Shown here in pieces: positions 24,314-33,869 of a stretch of DNA of 38,316 nt (its first letter is position 1; every line of letters begins with the position of its first letter). Position numbers and translations under genes: made by a program. Source of the stretch: a virus (lineage: Duplodnaviria; Caudoviricetes); IMG/VR virus record IMGVR_UViG_3300031949_000101, positions 1 to 38,316 of that record, one strand, 5' to 3'. The notes beneath the pieces are model-generated. The model worked only from the letters and a program-made list of their open reading frames with translations, made no database searches and had not been told where the DNA came from.

Positions 24314-25636
24314 TTACTGTGGCCTCATGGGTTGTGGCCTACCGTCCTCGCCAATAACGAGGATAGCCCCCGTTTCCTTATCCCGTACCTGCGTTCCCGG
24401 TTTGAGTCCCGTGAGACTAGATACCGTGCTACCTACTGACGGTCCCGCATACGGTTTTCTCTCCTGCCGCTGTTGTTGTAAGATCCCCGGTACCTGTCCT
24501 CGTGGGGCAGTCATCAGCTCCTCGTCAATGGCCTGGCCTTGCTGGGCGATGGCTTGCGCAACGCTGAGACGTTGCGCAAATACCTCGTCAGATAGGCCAG
24601 GTTCGCCGAGTGCGTCGATTGCGTTGCTAAGTTCCGTGGCAGTTTGGCTGAGCCCGGCACTGGCGCGCACGTCCATTCTCCTCAGCTGGTTATAGAGAGA
24701 TCGAAACTGGGTTTCTTTTTTCCCCATAAGGCCGGTTTTTTCCCGCATCGTTCCACCGATGGATTCGACGCCAGTGTATTTCGGGCTGTATGCCTTTCCT
24801 AAGTCGCTTAAGAGACTATTGAGGGTTTGCGCGATACCCACGCTCTGCCGCTCGGTTTGGCTCATCGTTTCGCTCATCGATCTCGCGCGTTCGCTGCCTC
24901 CAGCCCGCCGGATGGCGTCTGCGGTCTCCTTCTGCCTGATAACATCGTAAGGGCTCCCACCACCACCAGCGCCATATGTGCGACCTGTCGAATCAAGCGC
25001 TGTAGGTTGCTGAGGACTATATCCGCCTTGCTGTGGTTGCCCACCACGTCCGCCGTACTGATTCGCGAGGCTCTGCAACATAGCTACCTGCGCTTCACCA
25101 CTTGCGCTAAACGCTTGCATGGCAGCTACCTGGGCGGCTCTGTCATAGGGGTCAGCTCCGATCGACTGGAGGTATGCGCCCACCTCGCCGAGCTTGCCCG
25201 TCGGTATATGGACGCTTCCAGTAATCTTCCCGCCGCCTTCGCTGTCAAACGTAGGCGACCACGTCGTTTGCTGCTCATACGGGCTTGCGCCGCCGCCGCC
25301 TTTCTGGCTCTGATAGGCGTCCCATTCCTGCATTTGCTGGACAATGCTTTTCGCGGGACCGGCTGACAGCGCCGCCAGGGTTTTATAGTCCCGTTTCAAC
25401 ATGGCCCCTTGCTGCATGATGTACTGTTTCTCTTCCGGCGTTGTGGCCGTTTGCCACTGCTGCATGAGCTGCTGGTGCTGTTCGGCTATCTGCGCTTCGG
25501 CCTCTATCTTTTTCTGCCGCGCCTCATACTCCTGCATTTGCAAAGCGAGCATTCGTTGCTTCAGGCGACTTTCCTGCCCTTGCTGTAGGGCGGGGCCAAA
25601 CGCGCGGCCAAAGCCGCTCCAGAATGTATCAGCCAT
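24314..25636 (-). CDS. Putative ejection (internal virion) protein
   Basis: Amphipathic N-terminus FWSGFGRAFG, Gln-rich coiled coil. Confidence 0.6.
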   Translation of the reverse strand: MADTFWSGFGRAFGPALQQGQESRLKQRMLALQMQEYEARQKKIEAEAQIAEQHQQLMQQWQTATTPEEKQYIMQQGAMLKRDYKTLAALSAGPAKSIVQQMQEWDAYQSQKGGGGASPYEQQTTWSPTFDSEGGGKITGSVHIPTGKLGEVGAYLQSIGADPYDRAAQVAAMQAFSASGEAQVAMLQSLANQYGGRGGQPQQGGYSPQQPTALDSTGRTYGAGGGGSPYDVIRQKETADAIRRAGGSERARSMSETMSQTERQSVGIAQTLNSLLSDLGKAYSPKYTGVESIGGTMREKTGLMGKKETQFRSLYNQLRRMDVRASAGLSQTATELSNAIDALGEPGLSDEVFAQRLSVAQAIAQQGQAIDEELMTAPRGQVPGILQQQRQERKPYAGPSVGSTVSSLTGLKPGTQVRDKETGAILVIGEDGRPQPMRPQ

Positions 25637-25645
25637 ATCGTACCC

Positions 25646-27490
25646 CTACGTAACGTTAGTCATGCCGTAAAACGGGGCTCTACCGCCGCCGTCGAACATG
25701 CTCCCGAGCATGCCCCCGGCGGCGGCCCCTGCCGGGCCAAGGGCCATGCCTACGATCGTGCCAAGGATACTTCCCACGCCGCCTTTCTTCCCACCTGCGG
25801 TCTGAGCATTCGCATTTCGCCGCGCCTGCTCCAGCTGGGCAAGCTGACTCCCTTGGCTCAACAAGGCGTTTGCGTTGGGGAAGGCTGAGCCGCCCAGTAA
25901 GCCTAATGCCCGGTTTTGGCCTCTCTCCTCCGCCCCGCCATAGAGTTGGGAAATGAGGCTCATAATATCTGAGCTTAAGTCTCGGGTCTGATTCAGTAGC
26001 CCTAGCTGGCCTTGCTCTATCCACGGCAAAGTGGCCAGCCCGAGCTGCGTGTTGCGCCCTTGCTGTCCTTCAAACATCTGGGCGAGGGTACGGAAGGCGT
26101 CTTGGTTCTGAGAGCCTTGACCGAGGGTCCCCTGCATCAGAGTACGGAAGGCATCCTGGTTCTGTGCACCCTGACCCAGAGCCGCCTGAATTAAAGACTG
26201 AAAAGCGTCTTGGTTCAGCGCGCCTTGGCCTAAGGACAGTTGAGCTTGAGTGCCATACGCCTGTTGGTTCTGTGCACCCTGACCCAGAGCCGCCTGAATT
26301 AAAGACTGAAAAGCGTCTTGGTTCAGCGCGCCTTGGCCTAAGGACAGTTGAGCTTGAGTGCCATATGCCTGTTGGTTCTGTGCACCCTGACCCAGAACCA
26401 TCTGAATGAGGGAACGGTAGGCATCTTGATTCTGCTGGCCTTGCGCCGCGCTCAGCCCGGCCTGGGTGCCATATGCTTGTTGGTTCAGCTGACCTTGCGC
26501 CGTCTCTAATTGCCCTTTGGTCTTGTAGATGTCCAGTTGTGGGGCAAGCTGGCCGAGCAAGGTATTCATCGCTTGGCTGCCCATTGCTTCCGGCCCGATC
26601 GTCCGTAGTGCGTTGTTGCGCGCCTCCTGGCCCGCTTGGAAGGTCAATGCGGCTTGCGCCATGGCTTGCTCGCTGGACGATTGATTGAGCGCGCTCGCCA
26701 TCTGCCCGCCGCGCATGGGGGAGGTTTCGGCAATAGCGTTCCGGGCTTGTTGACCCTGGCCCGCAATCGCCTGCATAGCCGCCGTATTAAGCTGAGGATT
26801 GAATGCCTCAAGCGCTTGGGGGAGCCCAGCGCCGATAATTTGATTCCGAGCGCCCAGGAGAGGACCAATAAGCTGGTCCGACTGATTCTGGAAGCCGCCC
26901 AGGCTGGGCGCTTGTGGCATATCCATCGGTCCTGGCGCACGCGGCATATTCATCGGTCCTGGCGCTTGCGGTATGGGCATCTGCCCGGGGGCGCGCGGCA
27001 TGTTAATTTGCCCGGGTGCTTGTGGAAAGTTAATCTGCCCGGGGGCGCGCGGCATGTTAATTTGCCCGGGTGCTTGTGGAAAGTTAATCTGCCCGGGGGC
27101 GCGCGGCATGTTAATCTGCCCGGGGGCGCGCGGAAAGTTGATCTGCCCGGGGGCGCGCGGCATATTCATCTGCCCAGGGGCTTGCGGGGCGTTGCCGCCA
27201 TTGAGGGCGCGCATAAGCAAGTCCATCCCTAGGTTCCCGAGGTTGCCATAAGCCTGCCCGTAGCCCCCCTGAAGCCCGCGCAACACGCCAATGTGGTCCA
27301 GATATGCCTTCTCCATTTGCGGGTTCGGCTGTTGGCTAAACGGGTCTCTTCCCCCCTGTAGGGAAGCCATTCCCTGCTGAGCCATCCACGCGCGGATGGG
27401 TGCGAAGAGCTCTTCCATCGCCGCGAGCTGCGCAGCCTGCTGTTTCTCCAGTGGTCCCGGCTTTACTTTAGACCCGCTTGACTTTCCCAT
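25646..27490 (-). CDS. Putative ejection/pilot protein with internal repeats
   Basis: MGKSSGS start, Gln/Gly/Ala-rich, C-terminal glycine zipper; follows the GNAT gene. Confidence 0.65.
   Translation of the reverse strand: MGKSSGSKVKPGPLEKQQAAQLAAMEELFAPIRAWMAQQGMASLQGGRDPFSQQPNPQMEKAYLDHIGVLRGLQGGYGQAYGNLGNLGMDLLMRALNGGNAPQAPGQMNMPRAPGQINFPRAPGQINMPRAPGQINFPQAPGQINMPRAPGQINFPQAPGQINMPRAPGQMPIPQAPGPMNMPRAPGPMDMPQAPSLGGFQNQSDQLIGPLLGARNQIIGAGLPQALEAFNPQLNTAAMQAIAGQGQQARNAIAETSPMRGGQMASALNQSSSEQAMAQAALTFQAGQEARNNALRTIGPEAMGSQAMNTLLGQLAPQLDIYKTKGQLETAQGQLNQQAYGTQAGLSAAQGQQNQDAYRSLIQMVLGQGAQNQQAYGTQAQLSLGQGALNQDAFQSLIQAALGQGAQNQQAYGTQAQLSLGQGALNQDAFQSLIQAALGQGAQNQDAFRTLMQGTLGQGSQNQDAFRTLAQMFEGQQGRNTQLGLATLPWIEQGQLGLLNQTRDLSSDIMSLISQLYGGAEERGQNRALGLLGGSAFPNANALLSQGSQLAQLEQARRNANAQTAGGKKGGVGSILGTIVGMALGPAGAAAGGMLGSMFDGGGRAPFYGMTNVT
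26090..26500. repeat. 108-bp (2 x 54 bp) coding tandem repeats
   Basis: tctgtgcaccctgacccaga at 26161, 26269 and 26377. Confidence 0.9.
26905..27190. repeat. 27-bp coding tandem repeats, about 10 copies (P[RQ]APGQIN[MF])
   Basis: Repeated tctgcccgggggcgcgcgg units. Confidence 0.92.
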
Positions 27491-27500
27491 GTGACCTTCC

Positions 27501-28085
27501 TCATCCCGCCATCGACACCGGCAGTGGTACGTTGTTGTGTTCCAGAAATCGGGCCTTCGTCAGGCATAGCATATACGCATCCACGGGCTTTTCGTCGACC
27601 AGCAGAAACTCGGGTAACTTAATCACCACTTGAAACCCCATCTCCTTCGAGAAACGGACCGAGTGCACATGGTGGGTCAGCCCCCATATTTTTTGCCAGC
27701 CGTAATGCTCGAAGACAAAGGCCAGGCATTGCCGTCCTGCCTCAAAAGCCGTGGCTCCTCGGTACTTCTTGCGGAACCACAGGTTGGCGAATGCGCTCCA
27801 GTGGGGCTGGATTTTGTCGAACCATACCACCCCCACAACCTCCCCAGTCGCTTCTTCTTCCGCCACAAGGACGGCCTTATGGTTCTCCCCTTCGCCGGAG
27901 AAGTAGGCAATGAAGCTCAGAAGATCGCCGCGCGTATCGACTGGCCCCCCTGCGTGCGAGTCCACCGCGAATACCTGACGAGTGGCGCCATCCTCCTCCA
28001 TGAGGCTCCAGAGAGCAAAGAGAGCATGGCGGGGGGCATAGCCGCGAACCAGTGGGTAAACCTTAGTTTTGACCACTCTTCTCAC
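27501..28085 (-). CDS. GNAT-fold acetyltransferase-like protein
   Basis: VVGVVWF, FRKKYRG, KIWGLT....SVRFSKEMGF; usual position before podovirus ejection genes. Confidence 0.8.
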   Translation of the reverse strand: MRRVVKTKVYPLVRGYAPRHALFALWSLMEEDGATRQVFAVDSHAGGPVDTRGDLLSFIAYFSGEGENHKAVLVAEEEATGEVVGVVWFDKIQPHWSAFANLWFRKKYRGATAFEAGRQCLAFVFEHYGWQKIWGLTHHVHSVRFSKEMGFQVVIKLPEFLLVDEKPVDAYMLCLTKARFLEHNNVPLPVSMAG

Positions 28086-28212
28086 CGTTCTTCAGCCTCT
28101 CCTTCAGGATTGCCACCTCTTCCTCGGCTGCCTTTCGTGCCGCCGTCTCCTCGTCTTTCATTTTCACTATCTCTATCACGATTTGTACAATTTCCGCGAT
28201 GGTAATCGGCAT
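28063..28212 (-). CDS. 49-aa coiled-coil protein after the tail fibre (not in ORF track)
   Basis: AGGAGG RBS; MPITIAEIVQIVIEIVKMKDEETAARKAAEEEVAILKERLKNGEKSGQN. Confidence 0.65.
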   Translation of the reverse strand: MPITIAEIVQIVIEIVKMKDEETAARKAAEEEVAILKERLKNGEKSGQN

Positions 28213-28231
28213 AGTTCCCTCCTAGGGTCTC

Positions 28232-29578
28232 CTAGAGCGCCACCCATGCGCCTGCCGCGCGCCCGTTGAATGCACCTGTGGTTGAATTGTACACGATCAT
28301 GCCGTTGACCGCAGTCAGGGCATCCCGCTGTGTGGTCGTCATACGCGGCACCAGCAATGCTCCCGTTGTTGAGGTCATATCGACAAGGGCGGATGCTGCC
28401 GGGCTTGCCGTGCCAATGCCCACATTCCCCGCCTCCGTGATCCGCATCCTCTCCGCAATACCTGAGCCACCGTCGGCCTTGGTAAAGAACTGCAAGTCTC
28501 CGCCACGATTCAACGCCGTGGTCCCACTCAGGATGCCTTGGATTCCAGCACTTCGCTGCTGCGCGCCCCCGCCTGAGTTGAGCACATCGATAAACATGAC
28601 TTGACCGAGACCAACCCCGTCCGCATCGGCGGCATTGGTAGCTAGCTCCAAAACCCCTAATGAGGTTGACCCTATCAGCGAAAGGTAGTTCCTGCCCGCC
28701 GAACTAGCAAATCCCGGCGTTGTCGTGCCAATCCCGACATCTCCCCTTTCCGTGATCCTCACCCGCTCGGCTATAGTCGTGCTGCCTACCGGAGTAGTCC
28801 TGAAGGAGAGATGACCACCCTGTGCGGTGGATGTGAAGTTTTCAGCCGCTAACCCTCGGACGGTGGCTGAATTAGTAGCGGGGAAGGCGCCGCCGGAATG
28901 ATATCCACCGAAGTGAAGCGCTCCAAGCGTCTCACCGGAGAGCACTTGAGAGGGTGCGGCAAGAGTCCCGTTTGCCCGCTGAAGAGTAAGCATCGGCGCG
29001 GCTGCGTACCTGTCAACGAGACCATAGCCGCTAGCTATATGGAGGGTAGCTGCTGGCGTTGTCGTGCCTATCCCAACATTTCCCGCCTCGGTGATCCTTA
29101 TCCGCTCAGCCGACGTTGTGCTGCCTATCGGAGTAGTCTGGAGGGTGAGATGGCCGCCCTGCGCGGTGGACGTGTAGGTTTCAGCCGCCACCGCTTGGAT
29201 AGTAGCTGAATTAGTAGTGGGGAAGGCACCGCCGCCACCAGTGGAATGGTATCCGCGAAAATGCAGTGAGCCAAGCGTCTCACCGGAGAGCACTTGAGAG
29301 GGTGCGGCAAGAGTCCCGTTTGCCCGCTGAAACTCAAACGTCGGCACGGCAGCGTAACGGTCAAGGAGACCATAGCCTTCGACTACATGGAGGGAGGGCG
29401 CTCCTGCGGTTCCTGTCGCGCGTAAAACAGGCGTTTCGACCCTGTCGCGAAAACGGACGTCACCAGACAGCCCCGCCAGCCGATCAAACTCAGTCTGGAC
29501 TGTACGGAGTATGTGGTTCAATGCGTCGAGCTTGATGTCCTTTAACTGAAAAACAGTGCCAGTCGTCGTGCCAGCCAT
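28232..29578 (-). CDS. Tail fibre protein
   Basis: Three ER.RITE.G.VGIGT..P repeats; C-terminal LLVPRMTTTQRDAL...GMIVYNST domain; internal duplication of about 115 aa. Confidence 0.85.
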   Translation of the reverse strand: MAGTTTGTVFQLKDIKLDALNHILRTVQTEFDRLAGLSGDVRFRDRVETPVLRATGTAGAPSLHVVEGYGLLDRYAAVPTFEFQRANGTLAAPSQVLSGETLGSLHFRGYHSTGGGGAFPTTNSATIQAVAAETYTSTAQGGHLTLQTTPIGSTTSAERIRITEAGNVGIGTTTPAATLHIASGYGLVDRYAAAPMLTLQRANGTLAAPSQVLSGETLGALHFGGYHSGGAFPATNSATVRGLAAENFTSTAQGGHLSFRTTPVGSTTIAERVRITERGDVGIGTTTPGFASSAGRNYLSLIGSTSLGVLELATNAADADGVGLGQVMFIDVLNSGGGAQQRSAGIQGILSGTTALNRGGDLQFFTKADGGSGIAERMRITEAGNVGIGTASPAASALVDMTSTTGALLVPRMTTTQRDALTAVNGMIVYNSTTGAFNGRAAGAWVAL

Positions 29579-32055
29579 CAGTCATGCTCCAATGGTAGGT
29601 AGGCCATGCTCAGGCCATGTGCCAACACCGGCCCCTTTGCCTCCCCGCTCACTTCGATACGGCACTTCGTGCCCCATGTGTTTTCTGGTAGGTGCAGCAA
29701 TCCCGCCTTCCGGTCGCCCGTGACAGTCGTCGTGTAAGCCAGTACGTCATTTGAGTACACACTGACCGTGGCCGACCCGTTGGCGATCTCCAAGTCTAGC
29801 TTCAGGAACAGCCAGAGGACGCGGATGAAATTGCCTGACACCTGCTCTTTCGCGTACACCCCAAAATCTTTCGTACGGAAACTGAAGGGAATAGTTAACC
29901 CGTCGTCATCCGTGGCCCCGGCTTCAATCTGGTAGAGGTGGCCATCAGTCGCACCGTAGCTCAGGATATTGCGGCTATCCTCCCAGCGAAAAGAGCGGGC
30001 ATCCAAGGCATAGAAACTCCACTGCTGGGTGTCAAACGAATACACCGCCACAGTATCAACCTCTGACGAGCCTTTGCTCACGTAGCTCAAGTAATAGCGC
30101 CCTTTGTGGTACTCGGCGGCCATGTATATGGCGTAATCCCAGTCAATCGGCTTCATGCCGTTGACTTCCCGATCCATAAAAAGAGGGAGGATGTTGGTGC
30201 TCAGCTCTTCGTCGGGGCTGGTGAGGGTCGTTTGCCAGACCCCATCAAAGGCCGCGAAAATGATTCCTCGCTCGCAAGCTACAATGGTGCCAGGCGCAGG
30301 ACAGCCTCTGGAACTGAGAGCCTCTTGGTAGACAAAGCTCTGACTGTCGCTGCCGGTAATACGATACTTAGTGTCCGCAGTGAAAATCCCCAACAGACCC
30401 GCGATCGAGGCGAGGCCGCGACTAGGGGAGGTGGGGGAACCCACTTCGATGAAGTTGGCGGCAGGCCAGCTTTCGGGCTGGAAGCGCTTGGACCAGTAGA
30501 GGAGATGCTCATTTTCGTCGTCTCCAAAGAGGAAGGTAAAGCCTAGATGTTCCGCCACGTAGTGGCTAGCGGGTGGCAAGTCATTGTCGGTCGCGACGGC
30601 GGCCCCTAATGCCCCCGTCTGCGTGATGTCGCCGTAGGCCCAGCGGAGCGTTTGCCTCGTCGTGACATATCCATCGTTTATCTCCCATCGGTAAGTCCCG
30701 TGCCGCCCATGGATCGCGTGATCGGGTAGCGTTCCGTCCTGCGGAACATCTTCACTATTTTGGATAAAATTAAACCTGTTGTAGCTCGGCGTGTCCGGGG
30801 TCAAAACGAAAATTGGCGGGGACCCCTCGGGTGCCTGAACCCAGGGCAAGGTTGAGGGTGCAGCATATCCAGGCTCCCACTGCTGCGTACCCATAAAAAT
30901 GGGAGGCAGGAGGAGCGTGTAAGCCGGGATAGTGCCCGACTTGTCGGCAAAATCAACAGTGGCTTGTGTGCCAGTACTGGGGAGCGCGTGCTGGAATCGT
31001 AATTCATCGCCAGTAGTGAGCTGGCGATTGTCGTAGTCCTCGGCAAACCACGCCGCCGGTAGTGCGACTTTTTCTCGATACAAAACGGCTTCCCAACCGA
31101 AAGTGACACTATAAGAAGGTGAAGAGGGGATCGGGATGCGGCGGACGAGCAAAGGGGTTCCTCCCTCCGTGAGCGACCTATAGATACCTATCCCATTCAC
31201 TTGCGGGTCTTCTGGGTGAGGAATGAGCCCGATATGACCAATGGCAATGGTTTCACCGAGAACAAGACTTGCAAGTGCGCAATTCGTGGGGTTGCTTTCA
31301 TGTGCAACCTTGCGAGCGATCTCGTCCGTGTAGCGTATGTACGTAAGCGCATATTGCGCATCTGCGGTATTAGAAAATATCCCCTGGCTCATCTCCCCCA
31401 CCGGTGGAGCAATCCCCCATCGTCGTGTTACCGTCCCGTCATCCTTGAGCATCTGCCCACGATCAGCGATGAACGTCCACTCGACGTTATCCAGTAACGG
31501 GCGATAGTTGAGCATGCCGGTAATCAGCTGGGCTGAACAGTCTAACTTGCGGTAATCCTGGATATGCTTTTGGTCGCGGTAGACTCGTTGCCCAGCCGCC
31601 TGGTAGCGTGTAGTGCTGCGGTGGAACAGCTTTCTGATGTTACGGTCGGGGAGGGGCTGTGGCTGTGCGCCATGGTAATCCACTTCCCAGCCATACGTTC
31701 CCTTTGGCCCCGCATCGTCAGAGACTATGGCCAGCCCCGCAAGTAAGCGATCTTCCCAGCGGTGCAGCCCGAGGGGCTTCATATCATCTTCTCCTCGATC
31801 GCGGGTCAGTCGCTGCACCAGTCCATCCAGCTTTCTTAGCTCATCCCCCCCGTCTGTTACGGACCAGCGGGTGTCCGTCCCACTAAGAAACAGCTTCTGC
31901 TTGCCTTGGCGTTGGGCGGCTACGGCAATGCGCGAATGCAGGTCTATGTTGCTGGCCGCCGCCATGTCGTGGTTCTGCAAGTCGGTGGAATCAACCCGTA
32001 GGTTGACCCCAACCCAACCGACGATTTCGAGGAGTTTGCTGTTGCGTATAGGCAT
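29578..32055 (-). CDS. Tail nozzle / tail tubular protein B (P22 gp10-like)
   Basis: 825 aa, beta-propeller-like; LYWSK..QPESWP..NFI, RGC.AP.TIV, Y....QQWS, F.FRTKDF. Confidence 0.8.
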   Translation of the reverse strand: MPIRNSKLLEIVGWVGVNLRVDSTDLQNHDMAAASNIDLHSRIAVAAQRQGKQKLFLSGTDTRWSVTDGGDELRKLDGLVQRLTRDRGEDDMKPLGLHRWEDRLLAGLAIVSDDAGPKGTYGWEVDYHGAQPQPLPDRNIRKLFHRSTTRYQAAGQRVYRDQKHIQDYRKLDCSAQLITGMLNYRPLLDNVEWTFIADRGQMLKDDGTVTRRWGIAPPVGEMSQGIFSNTADAQYALTYIRYTDEIARKVAHESNPTNCALASLVLGETIAIGHIGLIPHPEDPQVNGIGIYRSLTEGGTPLLVRRIPIPSSPSYSVTFGWEAVLYREKVALPAAWFAEDYDNRQLTTGDELRFQHALPSTGTQATVDFADKSGTIPAYTLLLPPIFMGTQQWEPGYAAPSTLPWVQAPEGSPPIFVLTPDTPSYNRFNFIQNSEDVPQDGTLPDHAIHGRHGTYRWEINDGYVTTRQTLRWAYGDITQTGALGAAVATDNDLPPASHYVAEHLGFTFLFGDDENEHLLYWSKRFQPESWPAANFIEVGSPTSPSRGLASIAGLLGIFTADTKYRITGSDSQSFVYQEALSSRGCPAPGTIVACERGIIFAAFDGVWQTTLTSPDEELSTNILPLFMDREVNGMKPIDWDYAIYMAAEYHKGRYYLSYVSKGSSEVDTVAVYSFDTQQWSFYALDARSFRWEDSRNILSYGATDGHLYQIEAGATDDDGLTIPFSFRTKDFGVYAKEQVSGNFIRVLWLFLKLDLEIANGSATVSVYSNDVLAYTTTVTGDRKAGLLHLPENTWGTKCRIEVSGEAKGPVLAHGLSMAYLPLEHD

Positions 32056-32065
32056 GCCAAAGCTC

Positions 32066-32431
32066 CTATGGACGAGTCCTCGTGTACGGCCCTACCGGGT
32101 GCGAGACTCGCGCGCCAATGCTGAATTCCGCCACGACATAGCCGACCACCGAAGTCCCCCCGACCGTTCCGGCAGTGAGCACAAGTTGATAGTTGGTTGT
32201 TTGCGCATACCCATTTGCCTCGGTCGCTACTATCTTTACGTTGTGCATCCCGGTCTGGCCATCAAAGTCCACGGTCAACGTGATCCCTGCCGTGATTTCC
32301 TCCGTGCTATCCTCGACATACGCAGACACGACTGGCGATCCGGCCAGAGTCGTCGGCGCGCCAGACGTGTTAACGGTTGTAAACTTCGTATTGAACGTAG
32401 CGCCGAAAGCAAAATCGCCTAAGTACGACAT
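32066..32431 (-). CDS. Small beta-rich virion protein
   Basis: Ig-like composition in the tail module. Confidence 0.65.
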   Translation of the reverse strand: MSYLGDFAFGATFNTKFTTVNTSGAPTTLAGSPVVSAYVEDSTEEITAGITLTVDFDGQTGMHNVKIVATEANGYAQTTNYQLVLTAGTVGGTSVVGYVVAEFSIGARVSHPVGPYTRTRP

Positions 32432-32955
32432 GGTAATACCAGCCTATTACGGTGGGAGGAAAGTAGAAGCCCCCATCCTGTTTCTACCACTGGCGGAAGC
32501 GCTATCCACGGTTGGGTAATAGACTCCTCCGTAATATGCCGACGCCGTGGTGGCCGCTGCCAATGTAAGGTGAGAAGCTCTGGAAACGTAGGCGCAAGGG
32601 CTATCCAAGGCTGGGTGAGCGTCTCCTCCGCGATCCGATGCCATACGGATGGCCGCTGCCAATGTAGGGTAAGCAACTCCGGGAGCGCTGGCGTGGAGAG
32701 AGTCAACCAGGGCTGGGTAAGGGACTCCTCTGCAATGTGCCAACGGCGCGGCAGACGCTGTACAGGCCAGGTAAGGAGTTCCGGGAACGCTGGCGTGGCG
32801 AGAGACAGCCAAGGCTGGGTGAGCGTCTCCTCCGCAACCTGCCACCGACGTGGTGGACGCTGCATAGGCCGGGTGAGCAACTCCGGGAACGTCGAGGGTA
32901 TAGGTAGAAGCGGCTCGGCCTTCCCCTGATATTGAGTGAGCCAGTTAGTCGGCAC
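32419..32955 (-). CDS. Pro/Trp/Arg-rich protein of four 33-34-aa repeats
   Basis: (F/L)PELLT...QR.....[VI][AT]EE[TS][LI]TQPW x4. Confidence 0.75.
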   Translation of the reverse strand: MPTNWLTQYQGKAEPLLPIPSTFPELLTRPMQRPPRRWQVAEETLTQPWLSLATPAFPELLTWPVQRLPRRWHIAEESLTQPWLTLSTPALPELLTLHWQRPSVWHRIAEETLTQPWIALAPTFPELLTLHWQRPPRRRHITEESITQPWIALPPVVETGWGLLLSSHRNRLVLPCRT

Positions 32956-33214
32956 CCACTATCTCCCGGAAACGCTCTCGTCTCTCTACTGCCTCTAGCC
33001 ACTTTTCAAACGGCACGCATTTGTCTATACACTGTGGACTACCGCACGTGACAGCAGCACAGAGAAAGCACCAACTCCGCCGATTGCCGGACCCGGGCTG
33101 GACATGCCAATGCCCCCCGCAATGGCAACACTGGAGGGTGTCGCATTCCTTGACTGTGCTGCCCTCCTGCATCCATTGCGCGAACCCAGCAGGTTTACGT
33201 AAAAGCAGCCCCAT
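32945..33214 (-). CDS. Cys-rich small protein
   Basis: CCHC...CFLC...C...C...C. Confidence 0.75.
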   Translation of the reverse strand: MGLLLRKPAGFAQWMQEGSTVKECDTLQCCHCGGHWHVQPGSGNRRSWCFLCAAVTCGSPQCIDKCVPFEKWLEAVERRERFREIVGAD

Positions 33215-33217
33215 GGC

Positions 33218-33667
33218 TTATTCCTCAAAGTGCATAGTGCAAGTGACAACAAACGCACTCGACACCGAACGGGTAATAAGCCCAACACCATTCGCTGCCG
33301 TAGCCGGGAGCTTCAGCTCCCGATTTGGCCCATTAGCCACCCACCGGTATGTTGCCCGCTGATGCAACGGAAACGATAACAGGATCGCCGCAGCAGTGTA
33401 GGTGGGTTCAACAGAATGATTTTCCCCCGCAGAAGCCAGGGAGGCCGGATCACCCGGGTCTAACGCTTGTGGAACCACGGCGGTGGAGGTGCCCGCCGCC
33501 GTATATCGCTCTATGTTGTACCGAGCAGACTGATCTACCGGGGCGGCTTCAGAGCCGAGCGTAATGTCATAAATAGCCGGTCTAATGGTGGCCGCTGATG
33601 TCAACCCGCCCATGGTTATATTCACGGTGTTGGTATCGAGAAAATCTACTGAGTATGGACGCGGCAT
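33218..33667 (-). CDS. Probable virion structural protein
   Basis: 149 aa, beta-rich, ends in FEE; RBS present. Confidence 0.7.
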   Translation of the reverse strand: MPRPYSVDFLDTNTVNITMGGLTSAATIRPAIYDITLGSEAAPVDQSARYNIERYTAAGTSTAVVPQALDPGDPASLASAGENHSVEPTYTAAAILLSFPLHQRATYRWVANGPNRELKLPATAANGVGLITRSVSSAFVVTCTMHFEE

Positions 33668-33679
33668 GATGTGTCCCTC

Positions 33680-33856
33680 TTACTTACCTTTACATTGTTG
33701 ATGATATTCGCCGGACACTGGCTCCCCTGTCAGCCGTGGATAGCCACACCCAGGACAGTGACCAGCTGGCGCCGACCAGCCGCCTAAAATTCGCCGCTCC
33801 GCCCGCCTTTTTACCCCCCACCAATACCAATGATAGAACCGTCTAAGGATGTTCAT
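33680..33856 (-). CDS. 58-aa Zn-finger microprotein (not in ORF track)
   Basis: MNILRRFYHWYWWG...HCPGCG...YHQQC; fills the gap between two genes. Confidence 0.55.
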   Translation of the reverse strand: MNILRRFYHWYWWGVKRRAERRILGGWSAPAGHCPGCGYPRLTGEPVSGEYHQQCKGK

Positions 33857-33869
33857 CTTGTTTTCCCTT

